Shown: one piece after another, positions 39,819 through 53,279 of the stretch | Numbering within the stretch: the stretch's first letter is position 1 | Layout: each line of letters begins with the position of its first letter | Source of the DNA: Paraspadella gotoi | Taxonomy: Eukaryota > Animalia > Chaetognatha | Assembly: GCA_051294375.1 (NCBI GenBank) | Contig: JBJCIZ010000239.1 | Coordinates: 4,967,581-5,031,580, forward strand | Direction: 5' to 3' | DNA length: 64,000 bases | Program-made: the position numbers and the translations under genes | The notes under the pieces: model-generated | What the model saw: the letters and a program-made list of their open reading frames with translations, nothing else | What the model was told of the DNA's origin: nothing | The model's database searches: none

Positions 39819-40164
39819 AACCCAAATATAGAAAAAAAGAAAGAAAGACAGAAAGAAAAAAGAAAGACAGAAAAAAAGAAAGAAAGAAAGAAAGAAAGAA
39901 GGAAAGAAAGTCAGTCAGTCTCTCCGCGATGTTTTCAAACTTTTTATGTCCTCCACATTTTCGTTTCTTTTCTACTTCACATGATTTATTTTTTTAAGAA
40001 TTCAAAACTTCCCGCGTTTTGTTGTTGTTGTTGTTATTGTTGTTCTTGTTGTTACCACATCAGAGAGGATTTGAAAAATTGGGGAATTGAAAAAGAGGGA
40101 ATTTTTTTTTTGGGGGGGGGGAATACGAAAAAAAAAGAGACGAAAAAAAATATTATAAGTAAAT

Positions 40165-40510
40165 AAAAATGAAGAACGGTAATTCAAATCTGCATTATCA
40201 CGTCTGTTTCTTGTGACATGACATGACATGACGACGTGACTTGACTACATGATTATAATAACTTTCTTAGCCCAGTGTATTTATGACAAGCCCTGCATCC
40301 GAATTTTGTTTTTTTTTTTGTCTTTTGTCTTTTATTTCCTTAAGGCGGAACTAGCAGTCCCTTAGATTTGAGGTTTTTTTCCTGTCTTAACTAATGTGCA
40401 ACCAACTATGGGCAAATTATATGCATTTTTAACGTAAGTGGGACGGACCGACTGACAGACCGAAAAGTGACTTATAGAGTTTCTCTGCGAGAACTCGCCG
40501 CGCAACTAAA
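40165..40510 (-). mobile_element. DINE-1/HINE-like element (family B)
   Basis: Reverse complement of 34744-35125: ..GACCGAAAAGTGACTTATAGAG..GCGAGAACTCGC..GCAACTAAAA. Confidence 0.7.
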
Positions 40511-40766
40511 AAAAAAAAAAAGCGAAAAGCGAAAATGTATTATTTTTTTTTTGTTGCTTTCATCATCGCAAACCTCGAAAAAAAAAATAGTGAGGAAAAG
40601 GAGGAGCTGGTGCCAAAAAGGTGGGGGCTGGGAAGGGGGAGTTAAAGGTGGCATAAAGGTGGCGCGAAGGCGGTTCGTGACGTCAAGGGGATTCGGTTGT
40701 GGCGTGGGGGTGGTTCCCTCGTGAGAGGTGGGTACCAAAAAAGGGAAACCTCTCTCTCTCTCTCTC

Positions 40767-40805
<39 letters not shown>

Positions 40806-40889
40806 CGCGCCAAATGGGAGGGATATTGGTGAGTCGCGCTTTAACGCAGCGCGTTTCTCCCAGTTAAGTCGGAATGGGTTCAAACGGGC

Positions 40890-41320
40890 AAAGAACGACG
40901 ACGACGATGATGACGATGATGAAGACGACGAAAGACGAAGATGATGACGACGATGACGACGAGGAAGACAAAGACGAACGGGACAAAGTTGAGAATGACG
41001 ACGACGATGATGAAGACGACGACGACTAAGATGAGCAAGATGATCACGACAAAATTGATGAAAATAATTGCGTAGAGGATGGCAACGACAAAGAAGACGA
41101 TGCCAAGGACAACAAAAAGGAAAATAACGATGACAAAGACAACATCGCTGACAATGATGACAATGATGACGATAACAAAAATGAGGATGGCAAAGACGAC
41201 GACGATTACAAAAACAACGACAAAGACAATAAAGACTATGACAACGACGACGACGAAAACAACGACGACGACTATGTAGACGATGACAACGACGACGAAA
41301 ACGATGCCGAAGAAAAGGAA
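40890..41320. repeat. Degenerate (GAC/GAT/AAC)n trinucleotide tract
   Basis: Asp/Asn-codon-like run with an in-frame TAA and a frameshift. Confidence 0.65.
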
Positions 41321-41565
41321 GAAAACGCTTCAGAATTTTCTCTCTCTTAATGAACGAAATGACTTCCGCTTTGAGCAGAAATTTAGAAGACGAGAGTCGA
41401 AAATGGAGGAAAGGACGATGAGAAGAGAGAGTAAGTTGGGAGGAAGGGTAAGTTCAAGGTCATGCTGAGTTTAAAGTCAAGGTCAAGGTCGGAGGTTGAA
41501 GGAATAGGGGTATGATATGGATTCAGATTGGGTTTCTGTAATAGCGGCTGAATGTTTTGGCTCGA

Positions 41566-41654
<89 letters not shown>

Positions 41655-41737
41655 GAGGGGGAAGGAAGAGAGGCTGTCTTCGGGAAAAACAAACAAAAAA
41701 TGAACGAAAATTGTTCTGTCATCCGATGCTTCACGAA

Positions 41738-41809
<72 letters not shown>

Positions 41810-42544
41810 TTTTTCTTTCGTTTTTTTTTTCTTTCTTTCTTTCATGTGTAATTGAATTAATTAATGTTTAGAAGATAGCGAATCTAAACAAAACTGCCAA
41901 CAAACGAAAAAATTCTGTCAAAAAAAAAAGTTTGAGCATGAGCATGAGCAAACAATGTCGGATCTGCCCACGATCATTATCGGTATTTAATTAATTAATT
42001 AATAATAATAATAATTAATTAATTAATTAATTAATAATAATTAATAATAATATACTTAATTAATTAATTAATTAATAATAATTAATAATAATAATAATAA
42101 TAATTAATTAATTAGTCAATTAATTAATTAATTTGATCCGAATAGTTTGTTTTGATTGATAGACTGATTAATTAATTATTGATTAATTAATTGACTAATT
42201 TATTAATTAACTGATTAGTTATTTGATTAATTAATATATCTTGCATTTACATTAAATATAAAAAGAAAAAGAAGCATAATGAATGAGTGAAGCAGGTTTT
42301 TTAAACAGGGTCAAGCAAGTTAATGAATAAGTTGTTATGATATCACCATTATATTTTTTAAAACTTCTCGTTCGCACCAAAAAAGATAATTATTCTGATG
42401 ATGATTAAGATGACGAGGTTGAATCTGATAATGATGATGATAAAAATTGATGATGATGATAATGATGATGATAATATTGATAACGACTAAGACAATGATG
42501 GTGATTAGGATGATGATGGTGATGATTCACCTTCCTCGAACTCG

Positions 42545-43972
42545 TCATCTCCGACAAGCGAGGTCAACTTTGGCCAGCATGTCCGTCCAGCCTCGCATCA
42601 TTGGCGTCCCTTCCAGAGGGAAGAAGAGCATGTTTTTGTAAAACCTAAGGACAAGAAAAAAAAAATCGTTTAAAATTGAATACAAAATTTAAACATTATG
42701 AACATTAAAACATTTATTTATTTAAACATTTATTTATTTAAACATTATCTAAAAAAATTGAGATAAAGTGTTTATTAATGATAACACTTTTTTTGTTCCT
42801 ATGAGTAGGAGATAAAAGTTACACATGGGCGACCAACAGTTTCTCCTCAAGATATAATTCAAATTTTCATTTTTTTATAGTCACCCGCAAGTGTTTTTTA
42901 TGAGAAATTTAGCATCGATGGCGCCCTCCAAATTCGTGAGTTTGAAACCGAGGTGCTGCACAAAAACCAGCGCGGTAATGTAAACGTCCTCTAGCGGGAA
43001 AAAAGGAACGTCCTTGGCGGCTTCGGCCATAAGCTTCACGGCAGCCATCGACATAATGTATCCGGCGCCGGGAATGAAATCCGGATAATAGTCCGATTCG
43101 TATTGCTGCTTGGATATGTAGTATCTTGAGAAAGATTCCAAAAAATAATAAAGTTATATTAAAATTAATGATCAAAGATTACAGAATACAGATTAAAAAA
43201 AATATAAAAAACGAGATGATCGTTCACTTGATTGTATAAGATTAATAGTAAAATATAAATATATTATTAAATAATGTTATCATCAACGAGAAGCCTGAAG
43301 CGAAGCCCTGCCCAAATAAGGTTCCTCAGCAGTTTACGGTCGTCCTCTCGCTTCCCGAAAAAGTTTGCACCAGGTTTGTATTGAACCCGGTACCTAGTTG
43401 CCTTTACTCAATGAGCCACCGGGTTACAACTGCCGCATTTATATTTATAAGCGGGGTGAACTCGGGCAATGCTAACCGGTCACCATTCACTAAAGCTCAC
43501 TTGCTCCGCCGGCTCCGGATGACCCTGTCGTGCGGCACGACCTTCCCCCCGACGAAGGGAAGAGACGCGTCGACGGGGTCGAGTCGCCGCAAGAGATTGT
43601 CCGTGTGGTAGACGATGTCGTCGTCGCCTTTAATGACAAAGTCCGCGTTGGCGCAGAAGTTCCTCGCCCACTTGAGCATCATCACCTGTCAGTAAATGAT
43701 ATATTGTGGCGGTATATTCACACCGCCTCACGTCCACCATCGTTCAGCCAAATCCATTGGCTCAGAGGGGGAACACACCATCCCACACTCCTATCGACTT
43801 CCCTCTGCGTTGGCAAAGCGAGACCGTCCTAGGGTAACCGCGCCAGTGACTGGAGGCGTCACTAAGTGAAGAGAAAAGGCCGAGACCGACGGAGACGGCC
43901 AGATCTGACCCATTCGACCGATTGACCGATCGACCGGCCAGAAACTGACCCGACTCTTTCTCCACTCTTTCT

Positions 43973-44006
<34 letters not shown>

Positions 44007-44863
44007 AAACATTACTTGGACGAGATCAGACAAGACTAAGACAGATTCACTGGATCACTCTAGACCGACAACTACTTTCTTACAAAGTTTTCTACTACGT
44101 TTTTACTGAAGTTTTCTCTACGATTTATTGGATTTCTCTACGATTTATAGATTCTTCTCGATTTGATCTCGATTTTGCATAGATTTCGTCTCGTTACCTA
44201 CATTTATTACATTTATTCACATTTATTCCCGCATTTCTTCTTTTTCGACTTTTCGAGCTTCAGTTTACAAAAACGTTTGGGATTCTTTTTGTCAGATAAG
44301 TTGGGACCAAGTGGACCATCTTCACCTCAAGAGGCGTAGAGAGCCAAGCTTCTCTACACTGAGGGTCGGAAGCCCCCAAAGCCAACAGTGAGATGCCCCA
44401 TCCCAATGGGCATCACAGGCAACCCGGCTGTTGCCAGAATATGTCGATAAAATGAAGATTTTATTGATAATTCATTCCTTCATCATCAATAATCATTTGC
44501 TATCTCCAGTTGTCATGAGTAAATGATTATTTCTTTACAGAGGTGTTGGATAATTTCGCCCCCTAACATACCAATTTGATGGTCGCGTTCGGATAGGAAT
44601 CGACGACGTCCGCCATCACGATATCTCCGTGGAGGGTGTTCTCGTCACGAAGGGCCTTGAGTATGATGTTTGAAGGAGGAGGGGAAGAAGAGGCCAACAC
44701 AAAAACGACCTGGGAGAAAACAAGGGGGTTGGATGAGTATTTTCATCTTTTTTTTCATCTCTCTCTCTCTCTCTCCTTCACCTGAAGTTTGTCTGATGTC
44801 TTTGCCGCACCAATCTACGTTTCTATGATTGCATTTCAACGCTCTCTTCTCTCTCTCTCTCTA

Positions 44864-44930
<67 letters not shown>

Positions 44931-45685
44931 CTCTCTCCCTCCCTCCCTCACCTGAATCTTGTCCGATGTCTTAGCCACGCTCGCCCAGGTTTCCCTGATC
45001 GTCTTTCTTCTCTCCGGTTTCCAAAACGTCGATAGGATCATGAAGAGAAGGCGCAATTTGTCCCCTTTTTTGACGCAGGCCTTTTCGTTGTATTGATGAG
45101 CAGCGGGTAATCCGTGAAAAAGCAGTTGTGGCAAGATAGAGGGCGCGGGATGGAGGGATCGACTTTGGCGGGCGGGAGAGGAGCGCNNNNNNNNNNNNNN
45201 NNNNNNNNNNNAAGAGAGAGATCCAATGGGCATACACAGGCAACCCGGCTGTTGCCAGAAATGTCGATAAAATGAAGATTTTATGATAATTCATTCCTTC
45301 ATCATCAAATAATCATTTGCTATCTCCAGTTTTCATGAGTAAATGATTATTTCTTTACAGAGGTGTTGGATAATTTCGCCCCTAACATACCAATTCTGAT
45401 GGTCGCGTTCGGATAGGAATCGACGAACGTCCGCCATCACGATATCTCCGTGGAGGGTGTTCTCGTCACGAAGGGCCTTGAGTATGATGTTTGAAGGAGG
45501 AGGGGAAGAAGAGGCCAACACAAAACGACCTGGGAGAAAACAAGGGGTTTGGATGAGTATTTTCATCTTTTTTTCATCTCTCTCTCTCTCTCTCTCTCCT
45601 TCACTGAAGTTTGTCTGATTCTTTGTGCCGCACCAATCCTACGTTCTATGATTGCATTCAAGCTCTCTCTCTCTTCTCTACTTCT

Positions 45686-45737
<52 letters not shown>

Positions 45738-46480
45738 ATCCTCCGCCCCTCACCTGAATCTTGTCCGATGTCTTAGCCACGCTCGCCCAGGTTTCCCTGA
45801 TCGTCTTTCTTCTCTCCGGTTTCCAAACGTCGATAGGATCTGAAAGAGAAGGCGCAATTTGTCCTCTCCTTTTTTGACGCAAGGCCTTTTCGTTGTTGAT
45901 GAGCAGCGGGTAATCCGTGAAAAAGCAGTTGTGCAAGATAGAGGGCGCGGGATGGAGGGATGCGACTTTGGCGGCGGGAGAGGAGCGCGCGGGAGATTAT
46001 GGGAGAGGGCGGTGGGAGTTTTGGTAGAGGAAGATGGTTGAGGAAGTGGTGGAGGTGTTATCTTAGCTTTAGATGTGGGAGCGGGGGAGGGTCATTTAGG
46101 CTTAGATGTAGTATAAGGGTGGATTCCTACTTTAGGTTCGACTGAAGGAGAAGGTGATGTATTTCTGGTGTTGGAGTTGGTGGATGCGTCATTGTAGGTT
46201 GAAAGGGAAATAAATGAATAAAATTAAAAGTCTAAATTCAATTTTGATGAATTAAAAGACAGAATTGATGGATAAATAAATAATTAAATGAAAAAAAAAA
46301 ATGAATCGATAAATAAGAAGGGAATATAAATTTACTTTATTTGGTTTTTTTATTTCTGAGAACCGAGACGAACAAAAAAGAGCAGAAAACAAAAAGTAAA
46401 TAATGTTTTTCTCACATATTGCCGGTGATTTTTGATAATATTTTGTTTATCGAAAGAGAAGTCGGTCAAACGTTCGCATG
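42545..46480 (-). CDS. GT31 family beta-1,3-galactosyl/GlcNAc-transferase; exons about 46480-46335 (uncertain), about 46196-45754 (duplicated at 45186-44952), 44709-44572, 43685-43501, 43124-42885, 42644-42545
   Basis: Motifs RRKTIRETWAS, HGDIVMADVVDSYPNATIK, FVIKGDDD (DxD), YPDFIPGAGY, LEDVYIT; GT-AG phases are compatible for the last five exons. The 5' part is indel-rich, with a possible signal anchor YLLFVFCSFLFVSVL. Confidence 0.82.
43695..44440 (-). mobile_element. Family C repeat interrupted by a 490-bp insertion (43867-44356)
   Basis: Both halves join seamlessly in the 17524-17785 copy; the insert is flanked by CACTAAG and CACTGAG. Confidence 0.8.
45222..45990. other. Tandem duplicate of 44401-45186 across a 25-N gap (likely assembly artefact)
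   Basis: Same sequence with scattered indels, starting right after the N run at 45187-45211. Confidence 0.75.
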
Positions 46481-47142
46481 ACGAGCCTTTTTTAAATCGT
46501 CCGATGGAATTGATATTACGTTGGGCGTTTGGGGGCGTAAGATATTGGGGTTATTTTTTCTTCCTTTTTTTTAGTGTTTTTTTTTTTTTTTTGCTTCAAA
46601 TTAAATGGGAAGTCAGTTTTTTTAAAAAAATTCAATATGTTGTAAATTCATTCATTTAACAACTTAAAAATTTACAAGTTAGTATAAAAAGGATTACAGC
46701 CACCATCAAGAAATATTTCGAACGAGAAGGTGAACAGTTTCAAAAAATCTGTACCGATTGATCCCGTGAATTAAACGACGCTCTTCCTCCGAAGTAGGCT
46801 CGAAAAAACCTTTTTCGAAAAAATTGAAATTAAATTAGGCATTTTAAACTAATGTGACGTACGGTAGAGATCGAAATTCAATTTAAGTGTCATTGAGACT
46901 TCGATTTAGGAAATTTCGCTAAACCATGAAGAAAAATTTGCGATGATCTGGCGAAGTCAATTTGCGCGACAAGGGGCCAAACCCTGTATGGTGGACTAAA
47001 ATCCACCAACCGTTCATCAGCGGCCATTGGTGCCGGAAGCAAGTCATTCGCCCTCCCAACCCAAAAGGTCCGGGGTTCTGCCAGTGGCCGCCTAGCAGTT
47101 AAGAGGGACGGGGCGCTTAACCCGCTGTAACACGGTGTACAG

Positions 47143-50100
47143 TAGGGTGTTGTCATATTCAAAAGTTGTTTGTATCTTCACGCAATTTAACACGAACGGG
47201 GCATTGGCCCTAAAAAATAGCTTTGGCACCAATCGGCCAATTCAAATTGGTCCAACCTTTAGCAGTAACCCTCTCCTGAGGATTTTTGGCAACATTCCCT
47301 TTCACATCATCCCTCACTGTGTCTAAAGTATGAGAATGTTGATCGTCCAACATAATTTTATTAGGTTTAGAAGAAAGTCCATTAAGTTTTTTATTAAATT
47401 AGAGTCGCACTACTTCTTCGGCAAGAGCCCACAACAGCATCCACAAGCTGCTGCACCCAAGTAGTGGCCAATCATTGCGTACCATATCTTCTTGGTTTTT
47501 AAGAGGTACTAATAAAGAATTTTTTACACAGTTTTATTCATAAATAGGTGCCTCTTTCTAATTTAAATATACATCTTTTAAAAAATTGGTGTGCCTACAT
47601 CCTGGGAGGATAATTTCTGCACAGATTCTTTTTAAAAATAAAATTATATAAAATATTTATTTATATTATTTGCTATAGTTTAAATTAATAGAGCATGATA
47701 TAATTACTAATACAACGATAAATTTCAATCTTGATTGACGCAAATACTTTTTAAGATATCCTGTTATAAAGAATTTTTTGAAAAAAATTTTTTAACAAGC
47801 TGCACAGAAATAAAGAAATAAAAGTATGGCAATCAAAAAATTGCTTTATTAGCTGATAAAACCCTCTAGGTTTATAATTTCCAATCATGATTTTATAAGG
47901 CAAATCCCAGAGGCTCTGTGGGAAGCATTCTCAAATTTGGTTGGAGAATGTGACCAACAGTTTGCAGATAAAAAATTATTTTAATCAAAATAATTTACAT
48001 TCTATTATAAGATGATAAATTTGCTTCCTTCAGTGATATCAAGACTTGTTACTCTAACTTTTATGTAAGGTGTGCTTACTTTTGTTAGATACTTCCTGGT
48101 CCAGACTGCTTGAAAAGGAAAAAAAATTAGTAAACAATCATAACAAACTGTAAGTTGAGATTACAATATGTTCATAACCGCCTATAAGCATTAAGCGTGT
48201 AAGTTGTGAGGACTGGAGGACAACGTTTTGGGGCATGAAAAACCCTTAAGCCTAGTTAACAAGGAGCTCAGGACCCAGTTTCTATGGCTACGAGTAGGGT
48301 GTTAAAAAAGATTGGAAACTTCAAGATTATTTTTCCAAATTTTTTTTCTTCACATGTAAATATTTGTTTTTATTGTCATTATATCCGGCAGTGGCGAGCA
48401 GCGCCGTAGGGGAGACGGCTTTCAAACGTTCGTCAGTTGAAAATGCGAATATCTGGGTTCAGAAGTTTTCCCTCTTTCTTGATTGATGAGTCGCAATCAA
48501 CGAATAATTTGAAAGAATAGAAAACGGGGTTGTCAATCCGAGGCTATTGAGTTTGTTTGCTTAATGGTTGAATTTGTCAATTTGTAGAATCTTTTAGTTG
48601 CCTCGTTGAAAAAATATGAATGTAAGTTTTACGTTAGTTATTTTAAATCATTTATACATTGTTATAGAACCTGGATCATTTAAATTCTCGTCGTCAAAGT
48701 ATTTAATGTAAATAACATTTAAAAACATTGATATTCTACAAAAGTCGCCAAATGAAGCAAAAAGTTGAGGCAGCTGAAACAATTATGGTTTTCTCTGTTC
48801 CGTTAAAAAATGTTATTATACTTTCAATGCGAAAGATGGAAACAAACGTTTAAACTGATGTTTACCCCATCGTTTGTAAAATATTTCTAACATAAAGCGC
48901 TAAAGATTAGTGAAAAAAAAAGTATCAAATTTTCATACTTTATACCTAATGAGTTTTTTAAGGAAATTTTCCCTTCCAGAAACTCATAAAAAAAATGCGT
49001 AAAAGAATTGAGTAAAGGATAGTGTTTTCTGTTGGAGATTTACCCTCTCTCTTTCTTTTCTCTCACCCTCTCTCTTTTATCAAAATGTTTGGGCCAAATT
49101 TTTCTTAAAATTCGCAATTGCGCTCAAGAAGACTTGTCCGGTTTAAAAAAATTGTTTTTTTCTCTTAATCAGCAAGGGTTAAAACAGAGAATGCAAATCA
49201 TGCTAAAGGGAACGTGAAAGATGTTTTGATTATCCTTTACGGCTTTTTAGCAATTTTTCTTTGTACAGTCAAATTCGTGGGAAATGTTCTCCACCTGAAT
49301 TCTGTTATAAAATATTATATACTTTTTCTTTTAAAACTTTCTCTCCTTCTCTGTCCTCTTTTCAATCAAAAATTTTTGGCAAATGTTTTTGGTTAATTCA
49401 TTATTGGGCCTAAAAAATACTAAAAAAAGAATATGTATAAAAAATTTACAAGATGGATTGGATGGACAGACATCGATTGTTTTGATAACATAATATATTA
49501 ATGTTCTGACATGATCTCAGCGACTTAACGACAAGATTTTTGGGTTTGGGACCGATGGACCCTTAGCTTTGAACAATAATTACATTAAAATAGAGAATTC
49601 ATTTAAAAATTTGTAGTATGTGGTAATGATTGAAGTGGGTGATTAAAGCTGTAAATCAGTTTTTCATGAAAATATGTCGCAAGTGGAGTAAAATTTTAAA
49701 TAGAAAAAAATCGAAAAAAGAATGATTGAATGTTAATAACGATTATTGAAATAATAGTAATTGATTGATTGATGTAATAGTAATTGATTATTGAATGCGA
49801 TGATAAACCAATAATTTGACGGCAAATGATAACCAATTATTGATTTTGATGAAATAACCAAATATTGCAATGATACCAAATGAAATTGATGCAATGACAA
49901 CTCAAATGTTGGAATGCGATGATAGTCATTCATTGAGGCAATGAATGTCAATTCATTGATACAATGATAGTTATTCATTAACGTGATGAGTCCATTCATC
50001 GTAAATAAAACAAAACCAAATACATGTATGAGTGAGAGAGAGAGAGAGAAAGAAAGAGAGAGAAAAAGAGAGAGAGACAGAAAAAGAAGGAGAGAGAGAT

Positions 50101-52333
50101 AGAAAGAGAAATAAAGCTGGAACCGTTGCTGTAGAAAGATTAACTCGTTTTTAAGGATGAATCAGTAAGAAGCAGTGAGGGAAACAAAAGAGAGAGAGCG
50201 ACATATAATTAAAAGAGAGAGAGATAGAGAGCTTGAACAGCCGCTGGACAGCCGCTGAAAGAGGCTTATATATAAAAAATTGTTTGTAAATAAAACAAAC
50301 AAATGAGTAGAGGAATAATGAAAATTATAACAATTTTAAAAGAACCCCAATGATGAGAACGCCAGTGGATCTAAAATTTTAGCTTTCTAATGGTTATACA
50401 CCTTGAGCTATTCTTCAATGTTAAACAGCATGATATCAACTACGACAACCGACAAAACAACACAAAGCTACTAAATGGTTACGCTACGCACAAATATGGG
50501 CTTAAGCCCCATCTGGTGAGATAAAAAACTAAAAATAACATTTGAGTATTAAATTTGGCTCAGGGTTATAACATTTAGGTTAAGGGGGCCGCACTATAAG
50601 GTTTAACAAATTAGAGAAAGATTTTGTGACTCGCTTCCAGAATTTTCCCTAGTCCATTTAATTGACCTTTTTCAAGACGCAGTCTTTCACCATCTTATCG
50701 CTTTCTCCTGTTAAGTGAAAACCTCGTCCACTTATTATTCGATCATAATTGTTTCTCTGGAAAAGATCGGCCATATGGAAACTCATAGTTTTTAACAGAA
50801 TCCAAGGATTTTTTATACCAAATTTTAATAATTCAGAAGAAAAAAAATAATATATAACAATCTTGATTTTGGCATTTACTTTTCTTTTTAAAAATAAGCT
50901 TATGCACAATTTATTCACAATTTATTTGTCATTTTATTTAACATTTACATCAAATTTGGGATTTAGAAAACATTGCTCGCATAATAACCAGTTCACCTAC
51001 GGCCGACGAATCAAGACGCGTGACACTCAAGGCATAGAAAATAAACTTTCTACAATAGGGTTAACAATTGGTTATAACTTTGGTAACAGATTAAGGGTTA
51101 AATATTAGAATTGAAATTAAGTTCAGGGATTAAGAAACAGAAATGGTTTGCTTTTAAAAAAAGAGCCAAAAATTAAATATAAACTGAACAGGGATTTCTT
51201 TTTTTCAATTGTACATATGAATTACTTTAAAGTTATCGTATATCCGAGTTTTGTAGGCATAGTAATAGAATTTAAATATATGAATATGAAAATAATGTTG
51301 TTAGCAATTGTTGTGGTTTGTTAACTAAATTTTTTGTTTACCTTCAAGCAAGTCCTGGACAAGAAGTATCTACAAAAAAGTAAGCACACCTTAATAAAGA
51401 GTCCAGAAGTACAAGTCTGATATCACATAAAGGAGCAAATTATCATCTATAATAGAATGTAATTATTTTGATAAAATTTTTTATCTTGCAAACTGGTTGG
51501 TCCCACATCCTCCAACAAATTGAGAAATCTTCCACAAGAGCCTCTGGGGAATTGGTCCTTATGAAATCATGAATTGGAATATAACCTAAGGGTTTTATCA
51601 ACGTTAATAAAGCAAATTTTGATGCCATAACTTTTTATTTCTTTATTTCGTCTGTGTTGTGTTAAAAAAATTTTTTTTCAAAAAATTCATTATAAACAGG
51701 AATATCTTAAAAAGTATTTGGTCAATCAAGAATGAAATTTATACGTGTATAAGTAATTATTATATCGATGCTTCTATTTAATTATAACCCTATAGCAAAT
51801 AATATAATAAATATTTTGTATATAATTTTTATTTTAAAAGAACGTGCAGGAATTAATCCTCCAGGATGGTAGGCACACCAATTTTTTTAAAAGATGTAAT
51901 TAAATTAGAAAGAGCACATATTTTATGAATAAAACTGTGGGTAGAAAATTTTTTATAGTACCTCCTAAAACCAAGAAGATATGAGTACGCATGTATTGGC
52001 CACTCCTGGTGCAGCAGCTTGTGGAATGCTGTTTGTGGGTGCCGCTAAGAAAGTAGTTGGCGACTCTAAATTGTTAATAGAAACAAAACTTATGGACTTC
52101 TTTAACTAATAAATTATGTTGGAACGATCAAATCTCTCATATCTTTAGACAATGTTACAGTGAGGGATGATGTGAAAGGTGTGCCAAAAATCCTTCAGGA
52201 GAGGTACTGCTAAAAGACGTTGGACCGATTTGAATGGCGATTGGTGCAACCCTTTAATTTTTTTAGGCCATGCCCCGTCGTGGCTTAAATGATGCGTGAA
52301 GATACAAACAACTTTTGGATATGGACACACCTA
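47143..52333. mobile_element. 5.2-kb non-autonomous hAT-like DNA transposon with about 1-kb terminal inverted repeats
   Basis: GTGTACAG|TAGGGTGTTGTCATATTC ... GATATGGACACACCTA|GTGTTACAG; 47143-48150 mirrors 51300-52333; empty site GTGTACAG at 58183-58190. Confidence 0.8.
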
Positions 52334-53279
52334 GTGTTACAGCCTGATCCGAAGCTCAGGGACTGCTTGAACGGTTCTCTCATTAACACTTATCAATAAT
52401 TACTGTCTCTTCATCTGTTTATTTGCACTGAGAGGGACATAAACGGGTTATTTCCTATCTCACTCTCTATCTCTCTCTCCAACACGCACTTTCCCTCGCA
52501 CCCTTTCTCTCTCTAGCTCTATGTATGTGTGGTATTCGATCCCGGTTTCTTCGCGAAAAAAACAAGGATATTTAGATGTGAGATGGTATGATTAACTCAT
52601 ATAAAAAATATTTTGTTCATATAGTCACGGGAACAGAATAGTAAAATACAATATATTTGTAGTAATATTCTTATAAAATAATAAATTTTTAAAATAACTT
52701 GTAAAAAATTTTAAAAATTGTATTAAAGATTCAGATTCTTCATAAAAAGTTAAATTAAAAATATGAAATATGTTATAAAAAATTCTGTCGTCTTCAGCAT
52801 TTAAAATAGAAAAAAAAAATTCAGGCCTTTTTCATTCCCTATAATAAAAACTTATATGTTAAAACGTTTTAATCAATTTTTGCGGTATAAACATTAAAAT
52901 ATCATATATCATATTTTATAAATTGTTTTTAGTTTTTTATGGCGAATCCAAATCTGTTATTTAAAATTTAAAAAATTATTTTGAAATTTTGGGATCTTAT
53001 AAAGATATATAAAGATATATATAAAGATATATAAACATATATATTATATAAATAATTAAATTTACTATACTCTTATACTTAAAACAATTTTAAAGGATTT
53101 AAAATTCATTAAAATTATATGTTCCCAGGCAGCAAAAATATAATGTTCAATCGCTCAATCCTTTCATCACTCCACCCTAATTTACAATGCTTTAATTTGA
53201 ATTGTCTTAATTTATAAAAAAAACAAAACAAAAAAACGGTTTGGTTAGAGTTGAATTAACTTATATTCTCAATTATCGA

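Noticed and set aside
37920-41350. Divergent Asp-rich tracts as possible acidic biomineralisation proteins
   Set aside because: Stops and frameshifts, no start or signal peptide, and similar decayed GAT/GAC tracts occur at 19570-19645 and 42395-42530.
44401-45990. Tandem exon duplication or mutually exclusive exons in the GT31 gene
   Set aside because: The copies meet at a 25-N gap and differ mainly by random indels; most likely an assembly overlap.
47021-47095. Possible tRNA gene
   Set aside because: Only tRNA-like boxes without a clean cloverleaf; repeated with a shared tail, so better explained as a SINE head.
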